From the NCBI RefSeq assembly GCF_000196555.1, contig NC_015067.1, positions 1,080,001-1,112,000 of the forward strand: 32,000 nt of DNA, read 5' to 3'. Made by a program: the position numbers and the translations under genes. The notes under the pieces were generated by a model. That model ran no database searches. It was given only the letters and a program-made list of their open reading frames with translations, and was not told the DNA's origin. This DNA is from Bifidobacterium longum subsp. longum JCM 1217 (GTDB lineage Bacteria; Actinomycetota; Actinomycetes; Actinomycetales; Bifidobacteriaceae). This document shows, in pieces, positions 15,688-23,030 of the stretch (within the stretch, counting starts at the first letter, position 1; each line of letters begins with the position of its first letter).

Positions 15688-16247
15688 CGCACGCCTCCCA
15701 GGATCAGGGGCACCGCGGCCCACCGGCGGAACATGCGGCCCGGCGCGGCCGTGCAGTACGCATGATCGGGATGCAGTACGGTCACGCCCTTCGCGGCCAT
15801 CGCCTCCAATGTGACGGGCCTGTCGTCGATGAGCACGTCCGGTGTGAGCAGCGTCTTGTCGCCGTTATAGTAGCCGTCGAACTGGAAGCCGTTGCGGTGC
15901 AGCCAGCGTTGGCTTTCGCCGCGCCGGTCGTCCGCGCGGCTGGTCGCCATGATGACGTTCCAGCCCGCATCGTGCAGCTGGTTCAAGGCTTCGGCGGCTC
16001 CCTCATAGGGTTCTTCGCGTGAGTAGAGACCGTCGGCGACGGCGCGCGTATGCCACCAGCGGAACGATTTCGCGTCGCCGCTGAACGGCCATCCGCCGGT
16101 CAGCGTGAAATCGTAGGCCGTCGGCTCCGGGCACGGGCATTCGTCCTCGCCATGTCCGCATTCGCGGATGTAGTCGCGCAGACCGTTCGTATAGTCGGCG
16201 ATCGTGTTGTCGATGTCCACCATGATTGTCCTGGTCAAGGCTGTCAC
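15684..16247 (-). CDS. HAD-superfamily 5'(3')-deoxyribonucleotidase-like phosphatase
   Basis: HAD motif I is VDIDNT near the N-terminus. VIMATSR serves as motif II-like and LIDDRP as motif IV-like. Size and layout resemble NT5C-type enzymes. GTG 16247 in a GTGA overlap; alternative ATG at 16223. Confidence 0.65.
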   Translation of the reverse strand: MTALTRTIMVDIDNTIADYTNGLRDYIRECGHGEDECPCPEPTAYDFTLTGGWPFSGDAKSFRWWHTRAVADGLYSREEPYEGAAEALNQLHDAGWNVIMATSRADDRRGESQRWLHRNGFQFDGYYNGDKTLLTPDVLIDDRPVTLEAMAAKGVTVLHPDHAYCTAAPGRMFRRWAAVPLILGGVR

Positions 16248-16480
16248 CTCTTTTCAAGCTGTTCCGCCAGTTCGTCAAGCCAGGCATCGACGGCTTCGCT
16301 CTCATACCCGTAGGAGCCGCAGGGCAGGTTCAGATGCCTGATCTCGTCGGCGGCAAGGCCTCCCGGCTCCCCGGGGTGGGCCAGGGTGAACGAGGCGAGG
16401 CGCTGCACCAGGTCGACGGGTACCGGCATGTAGGATGCGGGAGCCGATACGAGCGGGAACATCGGGTATGCCATGCTCAT
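16244..16480 (-). CDS. hypothetical protein (78 aa)
   Basis: ATG 16480 forms an ATGA overlap with the RNA ligase stop (MSMAYPMFPLVSAPASYMPVPVDLVQRL...). The upstream part of the 205-aa track ORF was rejected. Confidence 0.5.
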   Translation of the reverse strand: MSMAYPMFPLVSAPASYMPVPVDLVQRLASFTLAHPGEPGGLAADEIRHLNLPCGSYGYESEAVDAWLDELAEQLEKR

Positions 16481-17514
16481 AGTCCGTTCTTCGTCAGGTA
16501 TTTGTTGTTGATGATTTTGAAGCACCGATTGGCTCCCAGTTCGTTCGCCAATCCTTCGGACAACTGCTGGTCTTCGCGCAGATGCCAGACGATGCCCTCG
16601 TCCAGACGGTCTTTGGTGACGTTGCCACGCAACCCGTCTACTTTGGCGATCATGTCGTCCACGCTCCCCGTCAATGCCCACTCGTTTTCGTCGAGTTCGG
16701 GAACGGCAAGATTCGGCATTCCCGTCGGCCACTGGTCGCGGTCGATCTTGTGATGGTCTTTCCAGACGGCGAAGACGAACGGACGTTGGGCCGGCAGTTT
16801 CAAACGGTTTGATTGGATACCGGGGCCACATAGCTCGAACTGGACGGCCATGCCGGGCCATAGCATCTTGTCCAACTGGAATCTTTTGGCGAGCCGCATG
16901 TTCGAGGACATGGAGTCAAGCTCCCAGTTGCGTGAGTACACGTGGACTTGTCCTCGTTCGTCCATGCTGAGCGTGGTGCTGGCGCCATCGACCTTCACGG
17001 TCGGCACGGCTTTCAACGTCTTGATTTCATCCCAGTGGTCGGTGAGCGTCTGCAAACGTGGCGCGTCCGACTTGGAGCAGGGCGCGTCGAACCGGCCAAT
17101 CTGAGCACCGCCCATCGGCAGGGGCTCCTCGTATTTGAGCACATTCGCCTTATCGGTGATGTCCGTGCCGACAGGGGGCGTATACCGGAATCCGAGTTCA
17201 TCCAAACGCATGATGAGACCCTGCGAATACACTCCGCGCAGTTTCACGGTGCGCAGCACATGGCCGGTGATTTCCATGGAACCGACGATCATGGTCTTCT
17301 GACCGCGAGCCTGGAACGCCTTGTAACGCGGGTCATAGGCGGGCAGAAGACTGTCCGTCTCGAAATAGGCGACCCTGTCCCCCGGCTTCAGATGCATGTC
17401 CTTGCCGACGACCACACGCCACCCCAATATGCGGGCGACTTCGATGCGATCGGCCCCCTCGATGGGCTCGATGTTGGTGATTTCCTGTACGCTGACGAGT
17501 TTCCTGCTGCTCAT
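16477..17514 (-). CDS. RNA ligase, DRB0094/Rnl5-like family
   Basis: 345 aa. The N-terminal OB-like segment KLVSVQEITNIEPIEGADRIEVARILGWRVVVGKD...GDRVAYFETDSLLP is characteristic. Nucleotidyl-transferase motif I is VKVDGAS. Confidence 0.8.
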   Translation of the reverse strand: MSSRKLVSVQEITNIEPIEGADRIEVARILGWRVVVGKDMHLKPGDRVAYFETDSLLPAYDPRYKAFQARGQKTMIVGSMEITGHVLRTVKLRGVYSQGLIMRLDELGFRYTPPVGTDITDKANVLKYEEPLPMGGAQIGRFDAPCSKSDAPRLQTLTDHWDEIKTLKAVPTVKVDGASTTLSMDERGQVHVYSRNWELDSMSSNMRLAKRFQLDKMLWPGMAVQFELCGPGIQSNRLKLPAQRPFVFAVWKDHHKIDRDQWPTGMPNLAVPELDENEWALTGSVDDMIAKVDGLRGNVTKDRLDEGIVWHLREDQQLSEGLANELGANRCFKIINNKYLTKNGL

Positions 17515-17609
17515 GCCGCGACTCCCATGCTGTATCGTTCGGGCGAGATGGTGATGATCATCTCGTTTTCGTCGTAGGCTCCGTCTTTCATGCCTGTGAC
17601 CTTTGTCAT
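17511..17609 (-). CDS. possible micro-ORF (32 aa) coupled to the RNA ligase
   Basis: Hand-translated as MTKVTGMKDGAYDENEMIITISPERYSMGVAA. Its TGA overlaps the ligase ATG (ATGA). There is no other support. Confidence 0.25.
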   Translation of the reverse strand: MTKVTGMKDGAYDENEMIITISPERYSMGVAA

Positions 17610-17652
17610 ATTCAAACCGTGTCCATGTCCCGCTCCCCGCCGGTTCGCGTGG

Positions 17653-17874
17653 TCAGACGGGGCATGGGGCGCGCCCCTCGGACACGGTGTCCGATTCGAT
17701 GGTCAGGACCGGTTCGCCCTCGTCGTCGACGAGCGTGGCGGGCCGTCCCGTCGCGTCCGCCGCGGCGCGCGTGGCGGCGAGCATGCCGGCGAACGTGAGC
17801 CCGCCGGGCAGTGGGGTCGTGTAGTCGACGGGCCCGTAGGCGCCGTCCCGGGTCGCGTGGATCTCGTATTCCAT
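17653..17874 (-). CDS. hypothetical protein (73 aa), first gene after the non-coding iteron region
   Basis: ATG 17874 ([25 protein letters not shown]...) is directly preceded by GGGGACGCATACCCGGGGGC. The upstream His/Thr/Met-rich part of the 128-aa track ORF is a translation of the iterons. Confidence 0.5.
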   Translation of the reverse strand: MEYEIHATRDGAYGPVDYTTPLPGGLTFAGMLAATRAAADATGRPATLVDDEGEPVLTIESDTVSEGRAPCPV

Positions 17875-17902
17875 GCCCCCGGGTATGCGTCCCCATACAC
17901 GC

Positions 17903-18208
17903 GGTCCGGGTGTATGCATTCCGGTCCGCGTGTATGCATCCGTATGCATCCGGGGATGCATACATCTTTTCTTTCCGTTTCGGCTTGGTTCCGACGTTCC
18001 GGGGATGGTCCGGAGGCGTGTATGCATTGTATGCATCATTCCCTTATAGGGGATTCGGGAAAAAGGAAGGAAACCCCATATATTGATGCATACAATGCAT
18101 ACAAGATAAAGGAATTATATTTTTTCCTTTATTTATAAGGGTTTTCGGGCTTTTTCCGGGCTTTTTCTGTATGCATCCCCGGATGCATACAGATGCATAC
18201 ACGCATAC
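17903..18208. repeat. iteron / nested inverted-repeat region around an AT-rich core (candidate origin, oriT or operator array)
   Basis: GTATGCAT at 17912, 17932, 17942, 18020, 18029 and 18169. ATGCATAC at 17956, 18086, 18095, 18183 and 18193. 37-bp arms 17928-17964 and 18168-18204 match at 36 of 37 as an inverted repeat. Inner perfect 17-bp inverted repeat at 18020-18036 and 18086-18102. AT-rich stretch at about 18100-18140 with TATAAT on the minus strand (18119-18114). Confidence 0.85.
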
Positions 18209-18227
18209 AAAACGGGCCGGAAAACTA

Positions 18228-18284
18228 TACAATATTGTAAAGGTCGGAGGTGAGACTTTACAATATTGTAAAGCCTCACCTCCG
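18228..18284. promoter_or_regulatory. two TACAATATTGTAAAG boxes; the second is embedded in a 40-bp near-perfect palindrome
   Basis: Boxes at 18228-18242 and 18259-18273. The palindrome CGGAGGTGAGaCTTTACAATATTGTAAAGcCTCACCTCCG (18245-18284) has one mismatched pair. Confidence 0.8.
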
Positions 18285-18372
18285 GGATGCGGTCGCCCCG
18301 CCGGCACATCGGGATGCCTTTTTTTCAGTTCGCGACCAGATCCGACGCCATATCCATCGGCTCGCCGCCTTG

Positions 18373-18393
18373 GCCCCGCCGTTCCGGCGGGGC
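18373..18393 (-). terminator. candidate GC-rich hairpin terminator (no U-tract)
   Basis: GCCCCGCCG-TTC-CGGCGGGGC forms a 9-bp all-GC stem with a 3-nt loop, about 100 nt downstream of the stop at 18491. The lack of a T-run makes the assignment tentative. Confidence 0.3.
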
Positions 18394-18490
18394 GCGCGCC
18401 GAACCTCACGGACAACGGTTCCTTGCCCAAATCGGGCTGGAAAACGGCTGATCCGGTTCTGAAGAGCCGGGCTTGCGCCGCAAAAACCGG

Positions 18491-18802
18491 TCAGGGTTTT
18501 CTCCTGTCCAGGTCGAGTTCGAGAAGCGTGCGCACCCGGTCGAGTTCGCCGGCGACGTCCGTCATCCACGCGGCGGCCCGTCTGAGACCGTCCGGCGTGA
18601 CCGTCCCGCCCGGCGTCGGACCGCGCCGGGCCCGGAGCCGGATGCCGCCGGCGGGCGTGGGGCAGGCGTCCACGCGGGGCGGCTCCTCCGGGTCGCCGTC
18701 AAGCCGGAATCCCGTGACCCGGTAGCGGACGGTCCCGTCGTCCCGGCGGATCCAGTCGATCCGGTAACGGCCCGTATGGCCCAATGTCAGGACGTCGTTC
18801 AT
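18491..18802 (-). CDS. hypothetical protein (103 aa)
   Basis: ATG 18802 (MNDVLTLGHTGRYRIDWIRRDDGTVRYRVTGFRLDG...). Last gene before the non-coding region. Confidence 0.5.
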   Translation of the reverse strand: MNDVLTLGHTGRYRIDWIRRDDGTVRYRVTGFRLDGDPEEPPRVDACPTPAGGIRLRARRGPTPGGTVTPDGLRRAAAWMTDVAGELDRVRTLLELDLDRRKP

Positions 18803-18880
18803 GGCCGCCCCGTCCGGGGCGTGCGGCGCACGACCCATTCGACCGGCCGTCCGCCGGGCAGCCCCTCGGGGCGGATGGTC

Positions 18881-19210
18881 TCAGTCGACATAATCGTATC
18901 CCGTCCAGTCGCGCAGCAGCTCGCATACGGTGACGTCTTTGACGAGCAGCACGTGATGATGGTCCTCCGCGTCCTCGAGCGTGACGAGCGCGCACCCGGT
19001 GCGGTCCGGCTTCGGGTCCATGGGGTCGGCGACGTCCTCCCATGCGACGGGCGTGCTCCCGTCCGCCATGTTTTCGTCGTACGGGGCGGGAGCCCACGTG
19101 CCGTCCGGCAGACGTTCGAACGTGTCCGTGGAATCCCGCCAGGCGTCCATGAGCCGTGTTTTGAGATGACCGGTGATGATGGCCCTGAACTGATGATCGT
19201 TGTCGTTCAT
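18881..19210 (-). CDS. hypothetical acidic protein (109 aa)
   Basis: ATG 19210 (MNDNDHQFRAIITGHLKTRLMDAWRD...) is directly preceded by GGGGACGCATGCCACGGGGC. Confidence 0.55.
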   Translation of the reverse strand: MNDNDHQFRAIITGHLKTRLMDAWRDSTDTFERLPDGTWAPAPYDENMADGSTPVAWEDVADPMDPKPDRTGCALVTLEDAEDHHHVLLVKDVTVCELLRDWTGYDYVD

Positions 19211-19264
19211 GCCCCGTGGCATGCGTCCCCGGACGGGCATGGGACGCGTCCGCGGCGAAGCGCC

Positions 19265-19669
19265 TCACCGGGCGTACGGGATCGCGTGCAGGCCGGCCCC
19301 GTCCGCCAGCAGCATGCCCCGGTCGCCGATCGGCGTGCCGTCCGGCATGGTGCTGAACGTGTCGCACAGCCACACGCCCTCCACGTTACCGGCCGACGGG
19401 ACGGGCGTATGGCCGGACACCTGGGTCAGGCGGCCGTCGTAGTCCCCGTGGCCGGGACGCGCCCACAACGGTCCGTCGTCGTCCATGTACAGGGCGGCCA
19501 GGCTTCCGGGACGGTCCGGCAGGCGGTTCAGACGGGCCGCGATCCGGTCGGCGGTCATGCCCGTCCAGGCGTGCCCGAACCGGCGGATCCCCCACCGGCG
19601 GGTGAGTCCCGCGTGCGTGGCGACGATCGTGCCGTCCGTCCATGCGATCCGCGTCGGGATGTCCTTCAT
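19265..19669 (-). pseudogene. C-terminal fragment of a calcineurin-like metallophosphoesterase (lambda-PP-like), separated from its N-terminal part by an IS
   Basis: Carries IVATHAG (motif IV) and VSGHTPVP (motif V). Motifs I-III lie in the fragment at about 21291-21611, on the other side of the TnpB element. Confidence 0.65.
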
Positions 19670-19679
19670 GAGCTCTTGA

Positions 19680-19830
19680 CGTCCTCCCCTCGGCTGAAGC
19701 CGGGGGATTCCTCCCGTCCTGACGATGGGAGAGGTTCTGGTCTCTAAGAGACCGCCACGGATTCGCGTGTAGCGTTTCCGTTGGTCTTACGTCCCTGTTC
19801 GACCGGGGTGCCGTCCGCGCCCCACAGGTT
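19680..19830 (-). ncRNA. candidate TnpB-associated omega RNA (right-end RNA)
   Basis: Position only. It covers the 3' end of tnpB plus about 65 nt downstream, including the bulged hairpin at 19686-19706. Ends are not determined. Confidence 0.3.
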
Positions 19831-21192
19831 TTCCGACGTGACGGCGAGCGTGTCCAATCCCCGTTCGAGGATGTTCCGGGCGGCGTTCACGTCGGCGTTC
19901 GCCGTGTACGAGCATTTCTTGCAGACGAAGACCGCTTGGCTCTCGCGGTTCTTCTTGTCCACATGCCCGCATCGGCTGCATGTCTGGCTCGTGTAGGCGG
20001 GGTTGACGAGTATCATGCCCACGCCTTCGGCCAGTCGGGTCTTGTAGGCGAGCATGGAGGACAGTCGTCCCATGCTCGCCTGTCTCAGGCTCCGGTTGAG
20101 TCCGTGTTTCGCGGCCTGCCCGTTGGGCAGGTATCCGCCCTCATGCAACGGGTCGGGAACAGGCTTGTTGCGGCGGCTCATGTTCGCCAACCGTAGGTTC
20201 TCCAACACAATCAGGTCGTTCTCGCGCACGAGCCGGGTCGTGTACTTCTGGTACACGTCGTCCAGTATGCGCTTGGATTTCGCGTGCAGTCTCCCGATTT
20301 CCAGCCGTGTTCTCCGATACGCGCGGCTGGTCTTGCCGCTCTTCGCGTACTCCCGTTCACTGGAGTATCCCGCGTTCCCAGCCCTGCGGGCTTGGGCCTT
20401 CTGCCGTTTCCTGATTTCACGGTCGATGGCCTTCAACCTGTCTTTCGGCAGGTCCATGAACCGTCCGTCGGAGTCGGCGGCGGCGTGCACGCATCCACGG
20501 TCGATGCCGACCGCCCTGCCGGTCGGCTCATGCTTGACGGGCGTTGGGGTGTTGTTGAACACGACGGTGCGGTTCGTCCAATCCACTTGGATGGCCGTGT
20601 ATTCGCGTATCGGCTGGCTGACTCGCACGTGCAGGAGGATGCGGTAGCGTAACGGTTCACCCGGCAATGACATGCCTTTGGGATTCTGTCCGGTGATGGT
20701 TATGATGCCGTGGTTGCGGTTGACCTGCCGGTATACGGCGTTGCGTCCCCCGTTGTGCCAGCAGACGAAACGCTGCCCGTCACGCTTGTATGATTTGAAC
20801 CGGGGCATTCGTCCCGGCTTCAACCGTTTGCCTAGCAGGGTCTTGCGTCGTTGCACGGCGGTGAACCATTCGACCCGTTCGATTCGTGTCGGTGACTCCA
20901 ATATGAGGGACGGCACCGCCGCCAGCCAAGAACATTCGCTTCGGGACCGGCTGACGCTGCGAGTGTCGGGTTCGCCTCCGATGGGGACGAGGGTTTTGTC
21001 CTTGCCGTATTTGCAACGGTTGGAACGCAATTGGTTGAACCGGTATCGCCAAGCGTCGCACAGCCAGTCCATCGCCTGACCGCCCGAACGCGCGTACAGT
21101 CTTTCGGATTCGGGGTCGTGCCGGTCGGCGTAGCCGGTGAACGGCTTGGCTCCGTCCAACGTCACGCGTTCCAACACGACTTTCTGACTCAT
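19744..21192 (-). CDS. tnpB: TnpB (RuvC-like RNA-guided endonuclease, OrfB_IS605 family)
   Basis: 482 aa. RuvC-I is AVGIDRG and RuvC-II is IVLENL. Zinc finger is CSRCGH...CKKCSY. RuvC-III is ANADVNAARNI. TGgTAGAAT, a -10-like sequence, lies upstream on the minus strand. Confidence 0.9.
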   Translation of the reverse strand: MSQKVVLERVTLDGAKPFTGYADRHDPESERLYARSGGQAMDWLCDAWRYRFNQLRSNRCKYGKDKTLVPIGGEPDTRSVSRSRSECSWLAAVPSLILESPTRIERVEWFTAVQRRKTLLGKRLKPGRMPRFKSYKRDGQRFVCWHNGGRNAVYRQVNRNHGIITITGQNPKGMSLPGEPLRYRILLHVRVSQPIREYTAIQVDWTNRTVVFNNTPTPVKHEPTGRAVGIDRGCVHAAADSDGRFMDLPKDRLKAIDREIRKRQKAQARRAGNAGYSSEREYAKSGKTSRAYRRTRLEIGRLHAKSKRILDDVYQKYTTRLVRENDLIVLENLRLANMSRRNKPVPDPLHEGGYLPNGQAAKHGLNRSLRQASMGRLSSMLAYKTRLAEGVGMILVNPAYTSQTCSRCGHVDKKNRESQAVFVCKKCSYTANADVNAARNILERGLDTLAVTSENLWGADGTPVEQGRKTNGNATRESVAVS

Positions 21193-21290
21193 AAGGCTGA
21201 TTCTACCACATTCGCGTATAATATGGGAATAGTAATGCCGTGATTCCTCCCCACGCCTAAAGGCGGGGGCACCCTCACGGCAAAACGGTG

Positions 21291-21611
21291 GACGCGGCGC
21301 TGCGCGCCTGGTTTGAAGCCCGGCGCCTGGGCGCGTACGCGCGCGAACGAGGCGGATCCGCGTCGCATGTAATACGGGACGTCATGGTTGCCGAGCAGCG
21401 GGACGATCTCCCGTCGCCCGGATTCGGCCCGGTACCATGAGGCGAACCGTTCCATGAACCGTATCATGCCCGTGTTCGACACATGCCAGTCGTCGCATAT
21501 GTCGCCGAGCAGCACGATCCGGTCGGCATGCTCCCGGTCTGCCATGTTCGAGATGAAAGGCAGCAGGTCGCCTTTCGCATGCAGGTCGCCGGCGAACAGG
21601 GTGCGGTTCAC
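21291..21611 (-). pseudogene. N-terminal fragment of the metallophosphoesterase (3' boundary approximate)
   Basis: GTG 21611 in a GTGA overlap with the upstream stop. FAGDLHA (motif I), LLGDICDDW (motif II) and LLGNHD (motif III). The frame then runs into the IS left-end hairpin. Confidence 0.65.
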
Positions 21612-22213
21612 GCCCCGCCCCCTTCCGGCAGGACCGCCGTGCTGTCCGACGTGGCGACGGACACGAGGCCGGGACGGGTCAGGAGCACGCCGGTCCTGAC
21701 CATGGCGTCCGCGTCCAGCCACCAGATCGCGTACCGGCGGTTCGCGTGTACGACCCGGACGGGCGTCTCCGGATCGTCGGGGTCGAGGACGCGCAGGACG
21801 CGGACCGGCCGGGTCGCGTCCACGCAGCGCATCACGGTGTCCGCGGGCGTCCAGTCCCAGGTGGCGGCGCGCCAGCCGGCCAATGCGGCCAGGGCGAGCA
21901 GGAGGATGACGCCCAGCGCGTTCTGGCCGGCCATGAACGAGACGACGGCGAGCAGGAGCACGCCCAGCATTTGCAGGATCATGGGCGTCAGGGCGCGACG
22001 CCATTCCGTGCGGGTCGGCCGGGGCACGGGGCTCCACGGGTCGCGCGGCCGCGTCTTCGTTTTCGCGGGTCTCGGTCCGCCCGTGGGCCGGACCGAGGGC
22101 GGACGGTCCGGTTTCACCTCGTGGAATGTTTCGGTTCGTTCGTCGGGGCCGGCGTGCGGACGGTCGGCGGCCAGGCGTCGTTCGAGCTCGTTGACCGCGC
22201 TCACCGCGCTCAC
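21608..22213 (-). CDS. hypothetical membrane protein (201 aa)
   Basis: GTG 22213 in a GTGA overlap. Pro/Arg-rich N-terminal region, then two hydrophobic helices (MILQMLGVLLLAVVSFMAG, LGVILLLALAALAGW), then a soluble C-terminal domain. Confidence 0.55.
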   Translation of the reverse strand: MSAVSAVNELERRLAADRPHAGPDERTETFHEVKPDRPPSVRPTGGPRPAKTKTRPRDPWSPVPRPTRTEWRRALTPMILQMLGVLLLAVVSFMAGQNALGVILLLALAALAGWRAATWDWTPADTVMRCVDATRPVRVLRVLDPDDPETPVRVVHANRRYAIWWLDADAMVRTGVLLTRPGLVSVATSDSTAVLPEGGGA

Positions 22214-22434
22214 CTGGCCTTCTTGCCGCGACGGCGGAGGATGACGCCCGGTTCGACGATGTGGTAGCCGCCGCATTCCGGGCATTTGCGGATCGTCTTG
22301 CCTTCCGGCAGGCGGCCGAGCGCGATCCGGGCGTCCACGGGGGTCGCGTAGCGGGTGCGGGAGCATTTGCGGCTGAACATGGCGTCGGCCTTCAACGGGC
22401 GGGGCTGGTTTTTCTCAAGGTTCCTGCGTGGCAT
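22210..22434 (-). CDS. small basic zinc-ribbon-like protein (74 aa)
   Basis: ATG 22434 preceded by AAAGGAAAA. Contains RKCPECGGYH. Lys/Arg-rich ends. Confidence 0.5.
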   Translation of the reverse strand: MPRRNLEKNQPRPLKADAMFSRKCSRTRYATPVDARIALGRLPEGKTIRKCPECGGYHIVEPGVILRRRGKKAR

Positions 22435-22476
22435 GGAATGGTTTTCCTTTCGTTTGCCGGGTTGCTGTGCGCCGGT

Positions 22477-22983
22477 TCAGACGGCGGCTTCGATGGCGAG
22501 GCGCGACAGTTCCGCCGAGTCGAACGCATGTTCGGCGATCCCCTTGCCGAGGGTGACGGTCACGCCGCCGGACCGGCCCGGCTGGTATTTCACTCCGTCC
22601 GGTATTTCTCCCCCGTGTTCGCGGATGAGACGTTCGAGGAAACGTTCGCCCATGGCGTTCGGGGTCGGGTAGTTGACGGTGATGACGGCCGGCTGCCCCT
22701 CGCAGTCCAGTCCGTAGTGGCTGAGGAAGTCCGCGTAGGCGAGCGGATCGTCCACCTTGTAGTAGCCTTCCCCGTCCCTTTTCACGAGCACGGTGGCCGC
22801 GTCGAGGCCGGCGAACACCGCGTTCTCCTTCGGACTGTCCGCGTCATGCGTGCGAAGATACTGGCGTTTCGCCCCGTCCAGCGCCTTCGTGATCTTCTTC
22901 TGGAGGATGGCCAGTCCGGCCATGTGGGCGAGCAGCATGTCGGGCGTCATCTCCGACCAGTCGCATGGTTCGGTTTCCGTCAT
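22477..22983 (-). CDS. hypothetical protein (168 aa)
   Basis: ATG 22983 (MTETEPCDWSEMTPDMLLAHMAGLAILQKK...) preceded by GGGGGAGGAAAGGAAG. The same frame stays open upstream to 23520 (see findings). Confidence 0.65.
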   Translation of the reverse strand: MTETEPCDWSEMTPDMLLAHMAGLAILQKKITKALDGAKRQYLRTHDADSPKENAVFAGLDAATVLVKRDGEGYYKVDDPLAYADFLSHYGLDCEGQPAVITVNYPTPNAMGERFLERLIREHGGEIPDGVKYQPGRSGGVTVTLGKGIAEHAFDSAELSRLAIEAAV

Positions 22984-23030
22984 GATTCTTCCTTTCCTCC
23001 CCCGTCCGGCACGGGGGTCTTGTCCGTATC

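Larger units (their letters stand above)
19680..21290 (-). mobile_element. IS200/IS605-family element carrying tnpB only (IS1341-like); boundaries approximate
   Basis: tnpB is flanked by two similarly built subterminal hairpins: CCCC-A-CGCC TAAA GGCG-GGGG (21249-21269) and CCCC-T-CGGC TGAA GCCG-GGGG (19686-19706). GATTCCTCCC abuts each hairpin (overlapping it by 1-3 nt) (21242-21251 and 19706-19715). No tnpA present. The element interrupts the phosphoesterase gene. Confidence 0.7.

Noticed and set aside
17875-18039. N-terminal His/Thr/Met-rich part of the 128-aa ORF, and the plus-strand ORFs across 17590-18725
   Set aside because: These are translations of the GTATGCAT iterons and AT-rich core. 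The composition is repetitive and the region is better explained as non-coding.
17903-18208. Possibility that the repeat cluster is a CRISPR array
   Set aside because: The repeat units are only 8-20 bp, occur in both orientations, are irregularly spaced, and lack unique spacers of constant length. No cas genes are present.
18473-19747. 424-aa plus-strand ORF
   Set aside because: It lies antisense to three compact minus-strand genes and the phosphoesterase fragment. Composition is Arg/Pro/Gly-rich.
21612-22037. Upstream part of the 282-aa ORF containing the phosphoesterase N-terminal fragment
   Set aside because: The sequence is Arg/Pro-rich and overlaps the better membrane-protein gene (21608-22213) in another frame. 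A GTG at 21611 in a GTGA overlap gives the expected GDLHA motif close to the N-terminus.
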